Origin: Octopus vulgaris
Lineage: Eukaryota
Length of the DNA stretch: 64,000 nucleotides
Direction: 5' to 3'
Assembly (NCBI GenBank): GCA_951406725.2
Contig: OX597818.1
Location: forward strand, 133,114,001-133,178,000
Position numbers and translations under genes: made by a program. Each line of letters starts with the position of its first letter. Positions within the stretch are counted from its first letter, which is position 1. Below the pieces are notes generated by a model. The model saw only the letters and a program-made list of their open reading frames with translations. It was not told the DNA's origin and searched no databases. Positions 24,897-39,149 of the stretch are shown in pieces.

Positions 24897-27399
24897 CATT
24901 AAAACAATAAAAAATATTCAAATCTATCACCGTCAGCTGCAGCAGCAGCAACAGCAGTAACAACATCAATAGCAAAAGCATCAGCTGTAGTGGCATCATT
25001 TTAAAGTCCATTTTTCCATGCTGTATGGTTTGGACAAGTTAGTCATAAGGCACTTACTTCACTTTCTCTTTACTTTCAGTCTCTTAACAATTTACTATTG
25101 CCTTTCTTTATTTTCCTTGTACTTTGATATTTTTAGACATTTTGGTGGTAACATTAATAACTTACAATATTTTTCTTTTGCAAGGTATGAAATATCAGGT
25201 GGAAATAATTGACTTGATAATTATAAACATATTTGAAGAAAACAATTGCTCACTAAAAGTATAAACAAAGCTAGCAGCTTTATATAGGCTCAAAGTTTCA
25301 GCTGCTTTTGGATGATGAGACCCAACATGTTGAAACACCATTGCCCCAGAATGTCATGTGCCAATAAACTGAATGTGCTGAACACACTGTTGTCATAAAA
25401 GGGAGAAGCTTTTCTCTTATGATGAACTCTTCAGCGGACAGGATATATTTCACAGCTGAACTTGCTGAGACATGTTAAGAATACATATGCAAATAGTCAT
25501 AAATTTAAAACAAAGATTAATATAAATAATAGTCTGCAGGCATGAACTTTGGTTATGCATTCATTTGTAGTGGTTCTTAATCTTATCCCTTAAATGCCCC
25601 TTCCACACAGTAAAAAAAGACAGTGTATCAAGTGCATAATAGTATAATTGTATGCCTAAATGTACACAATATAATTGATATTACCTGTTCAACAACAAGG
25701 TAATAATAAATACAAAGCAATTTATTTTAATCAAACAGAAGTTAATTTTGTGCAGTGGTTCATTATCCATATTGTCATTCTATCAAACAGGTACCCCTGT
25801 TTCAGATATTTGCATGAGCTAGTACCACCTATGATAAAACTTATATGAACATTAGTAAAGAAGATAAGGACCTATATAATGAAATTATATTGGATCTTGG
25901 TGCAACAGGCACAGATAACACAATTTCTGACTCATTCACATTAATATCTTAACAATTATTTTATTTTGAAAGTGTTTAAAATATAAATTTTGTACCTGGT
26001 TTAAGTATTCTATGTGTAAGAATAATTATAACCCCTCTAAACACCTAGTATCCTTCATAGTGCTCCCTTGTGAGCTCACAACTTGCCTAAGGTGCTTCTA
26101 TAACTTTACACCTTCTTATGGGTGTTGTGTTAAGAATCACTGCATTATGTGAAATCCAGAAATATTCATGAACATGTAAAGTCCAGGAACACATAGACAT
26201 TAGAGAATCAGCTTCGTGTGATTCTATCCTCATTTGCCAAACTAGTCCTGACAAACATTACCATAGAAGTCCAGTAGGCAGTGAGCTGATGAAGCAAAAC
26301 AGTGGACGGGCAATCATTCTATTCTGCATCAAATGAGAGCTGTTTATAACTGATCACAGTGGTGAACACTTGTCAGAGAAATCACCAGGAGTCATTTATC
26401 AACCTGATGGTTGGAAGAGGTGTAAATCAAGGATTAGCCTGTTCAACAACAATTACAAAAGGGAGAACCTACAACAGAAAATAACATAATTTCACTATCT
26501 TTATGATAGGCAAACTAGCGAAAGGTGAAAAAAGACAGTGTATCAAGTGCATAATGGTATAATTGTATGCCTAAATGTACACAATATAATTGATAGTAAG
26601 TGGTATATGTAAAAAAAAAAAGTAGTTTGTGAATCGATTTTTATGCTGGTTATCATTGAAATAATAAACACTGGAAAATGAAGCAAGTAAACTTGTTTGA
26701 ATGCTAACTACATAAAAGGATAGGCTACATGCTAACTTCTCTCTAACTCAATTGCTAACTGATTTTATAGAACAAAACTTCGAGTTTTATACATATTTCT
26801 TGCTTAAAAAATATAGGAGCTATTATTTAGGAAATATATGAATGTTAAATCAAAATACACAGTATCAATTTTGGAAGAAAAGAAAAATAAAATAAACATT
26901 AATGGGGAAAAAAAGAAATGATTGCAAAACCATGGCACTAAAGATTCGGTTATGGTTTGGGGAGTGGAACAAGGAAACCTAATTTAAAAGATGTTTCCTA
27001 ATTGAGAATAACACATTAAAGACAACAACAATATTGAGAATATCACAGACTCAGATAAAGAATGTTCACTGAAAATATGGTTTATAAAGTTGTTGATCCA
27101 TGAAATTTTTAAAACCTGTAATAATCTGTAAGAAATGTTCTTTTCTAATTCTCATTTGATTTCCTATTATTTGTTTTCCACAATAGATTTCCTGGTAAAG
27201 CCATAAATTATCTGGAAACTATTGTATATCATTAAGTACTACCTTTGCAAGCTGGAACTAATTTCATGTGATTCATCAGCGGATAATTTAATATTTTTCT
27301 TTCTTCTCTTTTTTCTTATTTTTTTTTTCTTTAGCTATTCAACAAATTTTATTTACATTCATAGATTCTGATAGTAAATAGAAAAGAAAAAGAACTGAC

Positions 27400-27488
27400 T
27401 TACACATGCACACACACACACACACACACACATTCATATACTTACACACATATATGTATATATAAAAACAAGTGCACATAAATGTATG

Positions 27489-27583
<95 letters not shown>

Positions 27584-27654
27584 ATATGCATGTGTGTGTA
27601 TATGTATATATATATGTGTGTGTGTGTATATATATATATGTATGTATATATGCA

Positions 27655-27706
<52 letters not shown>

Positions 27707-28201
27707 CACATACATTCACACACACACATATACACACATATTTACGTACATACATACATATTTATTTATTTTCCTTTTTGCTTCTCAATGTGAAACAGAA
27801 GGAGAGTGTAAAACAACAATATATAAAATCAATTCTGGTATTGATTCTATTTACTTTTCTTTTAACTGTGAGTGTCTTTAATTTTTCTCTGTTTTTTTTT
27901 TTGTTTTTGTTTTTAGGGAAATTTTTTTTTTTTTTTTTTTACTTATTTTGTGTCAAGCTAATCAATAATATAAAACCAAACATGTGGTAATAATTGAATT
28001 TTCCAATAAGTATTTGAAAAATAGATCTACTGTCATGAATGTTTCTTCTCAAAAGTAACAAATTTTTGTGATCAAGATTAAATTTTTTACATTCCGATTG
28101 AAATCCTGTTTGCATTCTCCAAGTCTTCTTATATCGCATTCAATACTTAAGTAGTATATGTTTTATGTATGGATGTGTGTGCATATACATGCATGCGTGT
28201 G

Positions 28202-28253
<52 letters not shown>

Positions 28254-28306
28254 AATATTTGAGTACTCTTTTTTTCCACCTTGTTTCACATTTATGTGTT
28301 TACTCT

Positions 28307-28352
<46 letters not shown>

Positions 28353-28534
28353 TATATATATGTATGTATGCATGTATATATATACATATATATATACACA
28401 TACATATGTATGTATGTGTGTGTGTGTGTGTGTGGTGTGTGTATATTTATATACATACAAACACACATTCATACCTACATGCAAGCATGTGTGCCCATGC
28501 ACAAATACACTCACACATGCATATATATTTATAT

Positions 28535-28566
<32 letters not shown>

Positions 28567-28620
28567 TCATGTACATGCAAAACACACAGACATACTCACT
28601 CAACTCACACACACACACAC
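27400..28620. repeat. Microsatellite fields (TA, CA, GA)
   Basis: Directly visible, with a short unique stretch at about 27780-28160. Confidence 0.9.
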
Positions 28621-29994
28621 AATTTCCTATAAATGAGGACAAGACTGCTTGTTTTCCCTAACATTAAATCTAAAGAAATCTTAACAGTTTCTAGATTATT
28701 TTACTGACTTCCAGGCATATTAACAATATATATTTTCATTTTCTATCCCAATTACTTACCTGCCCTTCAGCACATTACAAATAATCTCCAAGATAGATAA
28801 TAGATAATGTGTAGAATAATTCTGCTTTAAAGTACGACATTACACATAACAATATAATAATTCGTAAAAGAAAATTGCGGCAAAGAAAAAGAAACGAAAA
28901 ATTGAAATGAATTGGTATCTATATCTATATAAGTGAGGATGCTTCAGACATTGAAGTAAATAGCTATTAATCTCAAATGTTTATCTAAAAATAATTCCTG
29001 CTAAGTTATGATTACTTTCAATTATTTGAAGTCAAAGAGAGTTTTATGGTAATCAGGAATGTGTGACATGTTATTAGACTTAGGATGTGAGTTGTTTTTC
29101 TTCAGATCCTTCAGATGTATCTTTAAAATGTAAGTAAATTACTGGGGAAAAATATGCAGCAAAAAAGGATGATCAAATATTCAGATTCTCTTGTATTAGC
29201 AGCTGGTTCCACAAGACAATAAAATATTTGTTTCTGCCATTTCTAGTTTGATTTGTTTTTTTTATCTCGGATTTTTACCTTTTTTTTTTTTTCAAGAAGT
29301 ATAGACTATCTTATAAACTTTCAGAGCCTCAAGATGAATGTCAACTAAATGAAGTGAAGCTTAAATTATTCCAGTGAGTTGGAAGAGGATTAATTTCTAT
29401 TTGGATGCAATTACATTGGGGACAAATATGAAACTTCATTAGCTAGCTGGGTCTACTTGTGTTCAACATAGTGTTATGATATTTTGGGGCAAAAACGGTT
29501 CTTCCCTGCGTGTGAAATCCACAGTGCTAGGAGTGATAACTTTCAGAAGAACATCCTTCTCACCCAGTAAATGTTGGATGAGATTAAAAGCTTCCTAATT
29601 GATGAGCATTCCAGACAGGCTGGTCATGTAGTGTATAAAAAATAAAAAAAAATAGAACACATAAGCAATTTAAGTGAATTGAAACACTGAATAGTTTGTC
29701 TTAAAAGTGGGTCTCTACCTTGCTTTAGGGAGTAACTAAGGAGAACATTGAAGAATATAGGCATAAATGCCAAGTCAATACAAGGACTTGAGACTCCCAC
29801 TTAAGGTCTTCACAGGATTTCAGAATGAAGAGATTCTGAACTTTAACAGAAGTTTAGTAGTGCAACAATATCAGGACCCCAGATATGGACATATCATGTG
29901 ATTTCCCCAAATTCTAAGGTATGTAAACAAGTGTACCACCACCTCTCCCACTATGACTGCTACAACCAACACCATCACTACTGCCAGCAACAGT

Positions 29995-31300
29995 ACCACC
30001 ATCATCATCATACATCCAATTTTTCATGCAAACAGGTTTAGATGAGTTTTCTCTGGCACAGCATTTCATCATTTGTTGTAGTCCTTTGGTCATCTCCTTT
30101 CTAAGGGTCAGTCTTTTGAAACCAGCTTTTACCATTACTCCAACCATAATTCTTGGCTTCCTTCTTCTACACGTTCCTTCCAACTAGATCCCTTAGCATT
30201 TTACACAACACCACCCACCATACATATCATATCTGTGCAAATGCAGTGCCTACCCCTCTCACCCTCACCACAACTCTTGAATATTATATCTGGTTCCCTT
30301 CAAACTCAGTTAATCTCTCAGCCAATTTTATTGTGCATTTCATGAACACTAATATTACACTACCAGAAGATCATGCTCACTTCATTTCCTTCCAACCTTC
30401 ATACCTCAACACAAGCACCATACTGTTTCTCCTTGGATCAAAGAGAGAATCGTTTTGTAACCAGGACAGTTAATAGCTCCCACAACTTTTTTCTCTTCAT
30501 TCTGTCAGTAGTTACTATGCTTTTAAACACCATCTGCCATAGCTAATTACATCACCTGGGTTTTGGAAGCTATCAAATACTTCTAAAAAGACCTCAAAGT
30601 ATTTGAAAAAAAAATTAAATTCTAAGCTTTTATGCCAACCATACTTGCACATCTGCTGCATACAAAGTCCTTTTTTTCTGTTTGCCCATTTGTTATTCCA
30701 CAGCCTTATTGTACACCTATAGTTTAAATCAGGTGCCTTGTATGACATAACCTCATTTCTGCATACTAAGGCTGACCACTTCTCAGAAGGCATCAGATTC
30801 TTGTCTTTTTTTATTTTAAAACTTTTGTCTTTACCAGATTTACTTTAAGACATTTTGATTCTAGAGGTTCCTGCTATGCTTGAAACTATTCTCTAATTGT
30901 TCAACAGATTCAGCTATGAGAATTAAGTTTCATCTTCTGAAGTTCCCATAGATCAGAAGATTTAAACTTTTCTTTTATGACCTGGAGAACTATAATAAAC
31001 AGGAAAGAAGCTGAAAACTGATCCCTGATGGACACTGAGTAGCAAACTGAATTCTTCAATGATCTTGTTGCAGATTCTCACTTTACTAACATTATCTATG
31101 TACAGGGCTTGCATAACTTTCACAAACCATTCAACTATACATAGTTTTCTCAGCAACTACCAGACTACAGAGTGTGGTACTCAGTAAAAAGTTATCTCCA
31201 GTTCAACAACAGCTAGATATAGTGGCTTTCTCTTGCTGAGAAATTTGTTTGTAGTTGCCTCCAAAGAAAAAAAGGCATCAGTGGCGCTTGCCCTAGTATA
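29995..31300 (-). mobile_element. Old degenerate RTE LINE
   Basis: Minus-strand remnants LRKLCIVEWFVKVMQALY...SVHQGSVFS and MEGTCRRRKPR match the 16.6-kb element; (CAT)n tail at about 29995. Confidence 0.75.
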
Positions 31301-31565
31301 AACAAGAAATGCATCTCAACTAATTTAATTTTGTTCTTGATTGTTTGTCCTCTCTTTCTATTGCTTTTGTGATGTTGCTTGGTTGTGTTTGCTTGTTGGC
31401 TGTGAGTAATAATGATAAACAACACTCATGAACAATTAACAGAAGCTTTATTTACTGCTAATAGTGTTTTCTGTGTTGGTCTTTGGATGAAGAATAAAAA
31501 CAATAATTTGAACACACTGGTAGAGGCAAACTCTGGGGTCTATGACAAAATAGGTAGTACATATC

Positions 31566-31796
31566 TGTTTCTTTATTGCCCACAAGGGGCTAAACATAGA
31601 GGGGACAAACAAGGACAGACAAACGGATTAAGTCGATTACATCGACCCCAGTGCGTATCTGGTACTTAATTTATCAACCCCGAAAGGATGAAAGGCTAAG
31701 TCGACCTCGGCGGAATTTGAACTTAGAACGCAATGACAGACGCAATACCGCTAAGCATTTCGCCCGGTGTGCTAATGTTTCTGCCAGCTCGCCGCC
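31566..31796 (-). mobile_element. SINE family B
   Basis: Reverse complement of 1849-2080; TSD-like TAGTA(C/G)ATATC on both sides. Confidence 0.9.
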
Positions 31797-32257
31797 TAGT
31801 AGATATCGACCTGTAACAAGGTCATTACAACTGGGGAAATATTGTGTTAAAATTCATGACAGCAAAATTGTACCTTCAAATTGTATGGCTGGTGAATGGG
31901 AAAAATGAAAAGGGAGTTATAAAAGTAACTGCCTCGGCCTTCTGAAGTTACCACTAAAACTTCACCTTTTATAAGATTCATTAGACGGTTCTAGAAAGTG
32001 AAATCACATGATGGCTTGACGGTGATTGTTCAGTTAATCAGCCAATTACATGAAGCAATAATGATCTCAGTGTAACATCCAGCAATTTGGTTTTGAATCT
32101 GCTACAATAATTTGGTCCCTCAGTAGTTGCTTTTTCTAGTCTAGAGAAACTCTATTGAATTTTTGGCAGCTGATTACACTATGTAACAATTTTTGTCCTT
32201 CAGGAAATAACACTTAGTGACCAAAGAGAAAAACAAATTTAATTTTGTTACACAGTG

Positions 32258-32697
32258 TGCAGGCCTGGCTGTGCCGTAAATAGCCTGCTTCCCAACCACA
32301 TGATTCTGGGTTCAATCTCACTGTGTGGCACCTTGGGCAAGTGTCTTCTACTACACCCTTGGGCTGACCAAAGACTTGTGAATCAATTTGGTAGATGGAA
32401 TCTAAAAGAAACCCGTTGTGTATACATGTGTGTGTGCGTGTGTGTGCACGCACGTGTGTGTGTGTGCACGCACGTGTGTTTGTGTGTCTCTGTTTGTCCT
32501 CCAAGACTGCTTCACAACCAGAGTTGGTGTTTTTACATCTCTGTAACTTAGGAGTTGTTGCACTAGAGACCAATAGAATAACTATCAGGCTTAAAAAAAA
32601 TAAGCCCTGGTGTCAATTTGTTCAACTAAAACCTCTCAAGGTAGTGCCCCAGCATGACCACAGTCAAATGACTAAAACAAGTAAAAGGATTAAAAGA
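32258..32697 (+). mobile_element. Older SINE family A
   Basis: CCAACCACATG, CCTTGGGCAAGTGTCTTCTACTA and ACAGTCAAATGACT motifs. Confidence 0.8.
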
Positions 32698-32800
32698 TTA
32701 AGTGTCATTAATCTGGCACACCAACCATTTCGGAATGGCCCCCTTCCTTACTATCTGACTGATTATACAAGTGCCTAAGCATGTATCCTACCTCACTGGA

Positions 32801-33294
32801 CATGCATGTAATGACATGCATAAGATCTGGTCATCAAATCTAAGTAGAGACTTCAAACTTGAAATATTCAAAGCCACAGTCGAACCAATTCTACTATATA
32901 GCTCAGAAACCTGGACGTTATCAAAGAAGCTTGAGAGGCAGTTGGATGGAACCTACACTCGCCTCCTTATGAGAGCTCAAAATCTCTCGTGGAAGCACTA
33001 TCCAACCAAAATGCAAATATATGGGAAACTACCACCTGTGTCATCTCTTGTGAAAGGTAGGAGAGTCCAGTTTGCTGGACATTGTTGTAGTGCTGAAAAC
33101 GAGGCAATTTCTACTCTTCTCCTCTGGAAGCCATCTACTCGCAATACCAGAGGGCGCACACTCTCCTACCCTGATGTAATCTCCAGGGATACAGGCATCC
33201 AGCAACAGGACCTCCGTAATGCCATGATGGACCATGAAGTCTGGCGTAGCATGGTAAATTCCATTGTCTCGACCACGGTCGAACAATGATGATG
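32801..33294 (+). mobile_element. 3' fragment of a second RTE-type LINE family
   Basis: Open frame EPILLYSSETWTL...RRVQFAGHC ending in a (TGA)n tail; 11-bp TSD ACCTCACTGGA (32790-32800 and 33295-33305). Confidence 0.88.
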
Positions 33295-33677
33295 ACCTCA
33301 CTGGATATTTTCAATATCTCAGTGACTGCCCAACCCCATAGTCTGGCAACTCACATTGTCTTCATACCCTTAATGGTCCTTTTGACCATATAGCTGTCAA
33401 TTCCATATACCCGGTTCTACTGTTGTTTATTTATTAAATGAGTAATTTGCTATTATAAAATATTCTGTAAATATCAATATTATCAGATAACAACAATATA
33501 TTCATTATAAAATATTTTTGTAAATATCAATAAAACTCAACTTCTTGTAGTTATAACAAATTTAATAATGGTTTGCTAAGCTGATCAATAGCAAAAGAAT
33601 CCATATCAGATTTTCGTTAATTTCTGTAATGTACTAGTGCAAATATCCAATTTATTTATCTTCTTACAATATATAAA

Positions 33678-33863
33678 GGTGTGTGTGTGCGTGTGTCTGT
33701 ACATATAGACATATATATATCTGTATATATATATATATATATATATGCATATACACATATATATATCTGTGTATATATGTATATATATATGCATATGCAC
33801 ACATATATATCTGTGTATATATGTATATATATATATATACATATACACACATATATCTGTGTA

Positions 33864-33924
<61 letters not shown>

Positions 33925-34005
33925 TATATATATATGCATATATATATATGCATATATATAACTGTATATATATATATATATATGCATATACATATATATA
34001 TATAC

Positions 34006-34057
<52 letters not shown>

Positions 34058-34110
34058 GCATATAAATACATACATGTACACATACACACACGTGTGTATG
34101 TGTGTGTGCT
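33678..34110. repeat. TA-rich microsatellite
   Basis: Directly visible. Confidence 0.9.
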
Positions 34111-34640
34111 TGTTTGTGTGTAGGGAGGTTTACAAATGTGTGCATACACACATTTGTAAATGACTTTTTGGTTGTTTTATGTATTTTCATTTTAATGACT
34201 GAATATAAAGAAAAAACTTGAAGAAGTTGTTGCCAACCAGATTTGCTTCAGTCGGAATCACTACTACTACTATTACTCCAATTGCTGACGGAATGCCTTT
34301 CCAGATTAATTGTTCATGGATTCTTAGTCTTCAGTAAATGCTCACCTGGTGAGTGTGAGTTTGACTAATAAGCTAGACAGAATGGTTATGATAGTATATT
34401 CAAATGTACTTGTTAGCTCTGAACAGCAATATACAACTCCATTTCAAAATATATGTTAGCAACAGATGCAGTATTAATACAGAGAGGTAATATTTGTTCT
34501 CACTTCAACATAGATGTTCTGTTAGAACAAACTATACTGCGGAAGATACCATGAGAGAAACTCACATAAAAGCCAATATGAGAGTTTTTCTCATGGTATC
34601 TACCACAGTGTAGTTTGTTCTAAAACAACATCCATGCTTA

Positions 34641-35165
34641 CCGTAAATCCTTGAGTATAGTCCGCCTTTGAGTATAATATGCAGGGGATTTTTAGTGCGA
34701 TGTACCTCTGAAAAGCCTAAACCTTGTGTATAATATGCAATCCTTTTCTAACTTGAGTCGTGCATAATTAAACCAGCAGCACCTAGTTGAACAAACACTT
34801 CCGCGCATGCGTAATACAATAATGGTGATGTTCTTAACTGTTATATGGGAATGTAAATATGTTTTCAAATTATTTTCGTTACATGTTATTCTGTGATCTG
34901 AATACTTTTATTTTAATAAATGTTGCTTACTGCAAGTTATGGATGATTCTTTTATGACTTCATTGCTTTCAGGCTTAGCTCAAGGTATTTTCACACCCAA
35001 CATCACAAAATGCGTCTGAATAAACATTGCCGGACAGCAAATAGAGACTCGGACATTGCTTAGGAAATATTTTTCATTTTTAACCTCGCATATAGTACGC
35101 ACTAGGGATTTTGACCTTTAAATTTTGGGGGAAAAAAAATGCAGATTATACTCAAGGATTTACAG
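34641..35165. mobile_element. Tc1/pogo-like MITE inserted into a foldback element
   Basis: TA TSDs; TIRs CCGTAAATCCTTGAGTATAGTCCGC and GCAGATTATACTCAAGGATTTACAG. Confidence 0.85.
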
Positions 35166-35473
35166 TAAGTGGGAATAAATATTAGAAATCTATTTCACTC
35201 TGGAGTATGACACATATCTGAAATAGTATTTTTATATTCTTGATCATATATAAAAGTAAAAACACCAAACAAACATACTTTAACCAACACTGCTTATCTT
35301 TTGTCGGACTTATATCCTCCTAACTCTATTTTTTATAACAATCAGAATGGTCTTCACTCAGGTGAAAGTATGACGTGAAATCTTGCGAAGCTCTCAGGTG
35401 TTGATATAAATATTTTAAAACACTGCACAACAATCTATGTGATTACTTGTAACATACCAGTATATACATGATA

Positions 35474-35885
35474 TACTCTTTTTTACTCTTTTACTTGTTT
35501 CAGTCATTTGACTGTGGCCATGCTGGAGCACCGCCTTTAGTCGAGCAAATCGACCCCGGGACTTATTCTTTTTGTAAGCCCAGTACTTATTCTATCGGTC
35601 TCATTTTTGCCGAACCGCTAAGTGACGGGGACGTAAATACACCAGCATCGGTTGTCAAGCAATGCTAGGGGGACAAACACAGACACACAAACACACACAC
35701 ACATATATATATACATATGTACGACAGGCTTCTTTCAGTTTCCGTCTACCAAATCCACTCACAAGGCTTTGGTTGGCCCGAGGCTATAGTAGAAGACACT
35801 TGCCCAAGGTGCCACGCAGTGGGACTGAACCCGGGACAGTGTGGCTGGTAAGCAAGCTACTTACCACACAGCCACTCCTACGTCT
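35474..35885 (-). mobile_element. SINE family A
   Basis: Full-length copy about 170 bp downstream of the kinesin exon. Confidence 0.9.
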
Positions 35886-36051
35886 ATATATTAATATCAA
35901 TTATACATCATGCCAGGAATGGCACAGCCCTTTCAGTCACCTGTTACAACATGCAGGAATACAATGTACTTATTTAAAAATCTTATGTTTACACACAGTA
36001 TGGGTATGTACATGGTCTATAATACCAAATAACAACAAAAAAAAGTCTCAC

Positions 36052-36319
36052 CTGTTTCCATAAAAGGCATCGTTGTCTTCTCTAAAGAAACTTTTGGCAG
36101 AATCCACTTTTGATTATCTTCATCCCAATGAGCCTCATTTTTGATCTTATCCAAATTATAATAATTGGAATCTCTACGCAAGCAGGGTTGTATTTGGTCT
36201 AGCATTGCTTGGAAAAGTTGAACTTGTTTTTCTTGTTTCTGAATTGTCTGGATATATTCAATTCGTTCAATTTCAAATTCTGACTGTATATCAGAAAATT
36301 CACTTTCTAACTGAACGAC
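36052..36319 (-). CDS. KIF17: Internal exon (phase 0 to phase 1) of a kinesin-2 KIF17/OSM-3-like protein, coiled-coil/tail region
   Basis: TTTATTTATTAG acceptor and GTGAG donor. Translates VVQLESEFSDIQSEFEIERIEYIQTIQKQEKQVQLFQAMLDQIQPCLRRDSNYYNLDKIKNEAHWDEDNQKWILPKVSLEKTTMPFMET, matching from memory the KIF17 pattern DLQSEF..E..DY..TIR.QE...QP.IRRDCNY.NL.KI...WDED...W.IP. Confidence 0.9.
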
Positions 36320-36604
36320 CTAATAAATAAATGGACACAGACAACAACACAAATAAATATAAGTGTATTTATTTCACAAATATAATGAGGAAACAATAGA
36401 ACAGATTGAAACAACAGGAAAAATTTAAGCTGCAAAATGTTCTACCTGTTTTCTGTTCAAACTAGCTAGATTCCAGCCACTTTATACCTACCCTACAATC
36501 TTATTCTAAAAAGAAAAATCCACATCACTGCAGTCTCAAGCCACAAGATAAACTATAATTAATTCGAAGCAATGAGGAGGAATAAGTATCATATTTGACC
36601 GTAA

Positions 36605-36850
36605 TCATCATCATAATCATCCTTTAACATCCACTTTCCACACTGGCATGGGTTGGATGCTTTGACCATAGAGAGCTGTACCAGGTTCCAGTCTGATTTG
36701 GCTTGATATTTACAGCTGGATGTGCTTCCTAAAGCCAACCCCTCTCAGAGTGTACTGGGTGCTTTTCATACAGCACATTTACATGGCACCAGCACAGGAG
36801 CTGTTTATGTAGCACTGGCATGAGTGTTCTTTACATAGCACTTGTGCCAC
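36605..36850 (-). mobile_element. Old RTE 3' tail
   Basis: (ATC)n, TACAGCTGGATG.GCTTCCTAA.GCCAACC and GGGTGCTTTT motifs. Confidence 0.7.
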
Positions 36851-36975
36851 ATTATATATTATATATATAGATAGATAGATACACACACACACATGCACAT
36901 GCACCTACACACACATATACATACATACATACATACATACATACATACATACATACATACATACATACATACATA

Positions 36976-38223
36976 CAGGTATTGGAGAAAATAATGGAAA
37001 CACCTTAAAATTTCAAACAAATTTATTTTAATAAGGGGTAGGACCGCCTTTGGCAGTAATTACAGCTGGAATTTTACAATGTATGGACTCGTAAAATGTT
37101 TGAATTCCAAAGGAAATTTTGTCCATTGTTCAGCTAAAACAGTCTCCAGTCCTTGTAGTGATGATGGTGGAGGATATCAACTCCTTACTTGTTTTTCTAA
37201 AATGCACCATAAATGTTCAATAATATTGAGATCTAGGGACAGTGGTGGCCAGATAAGATGTTCAACTTCACTAGAATGTTCCTCGTGCCATTCAGTAAAA
37301 ACTTTAGCTGTGTGAATTGGTGCATTATCATCCTAAAAGATTGTGTTTCCCTCCAGAAACAGTTCCACAACCATAGGATGAATTTGATAAGATAAAATGC
37401 TTAAATAGTCTTGACTATTAATTCTGTCATGAAGGGAAACTATTGGGCTGGTGGATTTCCAAGATATAGCCCCCCTCCCCCCTCCCCGATCATCACAGAT
37501 CCTCCTCCGTGTTTAACAGTTGGAAGAAGGCAGTCTGGGTCAAATGCTTCTTTTGGCTGTCTCCACATTTATACTCAACCAGTGGTTGGAAATAAGGTAA
37601 AGGATGACTCCGGAAAAATAACGTTCTTCCACTGCCCTAGGGACCAATTCTGTAGATTTTTATTTCACTCTAAATGCTTTGCAACGTTTGTTTTTGAAAG
37701 CAGTGGTTTTCTGATTGCAGCCCTCCCGTGCAATCCAGCTTTGTGCAGCTCCTGGCGAACAGTTTTGTGGAAAATAGGTTCTCAATGTGGTCATTAAGCT
37801 CTGCAGTAATTTTGGGAGCTGTATTTTTGTGATCCTTTCTAACAATTTGTATAAAAGTCTGAAAGTTTTGGTTTTCTTTCGGAGGTTTGTTTTTACCGCT
37901 TTCTCAAAGGTTGTCATTACTTTCGAATTAGTACTTCTTGATACACCAAATATTTCAGCTGTTTTCATTAAACTAGTGCCTGTCATATAAGCACCAACAA
38001 TTTGACCTCCTTAAAAATCCAATAGCTCTGTCATTTTAATGAATTTTAATTACTTTTTTGTGATGAAATCCAAAAAGAAGCAGCAACTTTAGCAAAACAT
38101 ATTAAGCAACACAAATAATAAATCAACAAACATAAAAATAAACTAGCTTTTGGTGGTTTTATAGACATTTCAAAATTATGATGCTATGATGCTTGGTGTT
38201 TCCATTATTTTGTCCAACCCCTG
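36976..38223 (-). mobile_element. Full-length decayed Tc1 transposon with a pseudogenised DDE transposase
   Basis: TA TSDs; 29-bp TIRs CAGG..TTGGA.AAAATAATGGAAACACC. Minus-strand remnants: HTH region AEIFGVSRST, PTVKHGGGSVM, DDNAPIHTA and WPPLSLDLNIIEHLW, with stops and frameshifts. Confidence 0.92.
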
Positions 38224-38474
38224 TATGCATAGCTGTGAGGCTATTAAGTTTGGTTTGGAATTAAATGGTTTCAAGTCCAGTCCTTCTGCATGGAACTTTA
38301 GGCGTCTTCTACCATATCCCTATGCCTATCAATGTCTTATGAATGAATTTGTTAAACAGAAACTATGTGGAAGCTCATATTGTACACACACACACACATA
38401 CATATTATATATATGTGTACTGTTGGTGATTTTTTTTCCTCTGTATTCCCTTCTCTGGATCTTTCCTTCTCCTA

Positions 38475-38512
38475 TGATTCTGGTGAAGAGCTCCACTCAA
38501 AACGTTACGCCC
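38475..38512 (+). ncRNA. Decayed minimal hammerhead-like motif
   Basis: CTGGTGA-AGAGCTCCACTC-AAAA-CG-TT; three substitutions away from CTGATGA-AGAGC-TCC-GCTC-GAAACGTT. Confidence 0.4.
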
Positions 38513-38624
38513 TCCTTCTTCCCTTCCTTCCTTCCTATATTTGTTCCACGTCCTCGCGTTGTTGTGTTTTCATGTTTGGATTAACTTTATATATATATAT
38601 ATATATATACATAAAAACATACAT

Positions 38625-38672
<48 letters not shown>

Positions 38673-38915
38673 CCTTCAAAACGTGGAGTAGATGAAACAG
38701 TGACAACTGAAGAAAGGGAATATTCCTTATGTTGTACGTCTCATTTCTCTGTTTGTTTTTTGTTGTTGTTCAAAAAAAAGTTTGTTTCTATGTTCTCATT
38801 TCTCATTCTGTCAACGTTTGTTTTATGTCCTGTACCCATTTATGCATGTATATATACATATATATGTAGGTATGTACATATATGTATGTATATATGCATA
38901 TGTTTATATATTATT

Positions 38916-38967
<52 letters not shown>

Positions 38968-39149
38968 GGAGAGAAAGAAAGAGAGAGGGAGTTAGATAGA
39001 TAAACAGATAGATAGATGTCGAGAGATAAATAGACAGATAAATACAGAATGTTTGGGTAACTTTAAGACTTTGGATAAAACGCAAAGAAAACACAGTATC
39101 CCATCCAAAAATGAAAGCATTTTTAAAAAGTCAGAAAACACCAACTAGA

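Noticed and set aside
38706-38735. Hammerhead at CTGAAGA plus hairpin in the 11830/38670/63640 family
   Set aside because: No GAAA follows the hairpin in any of the three copies.
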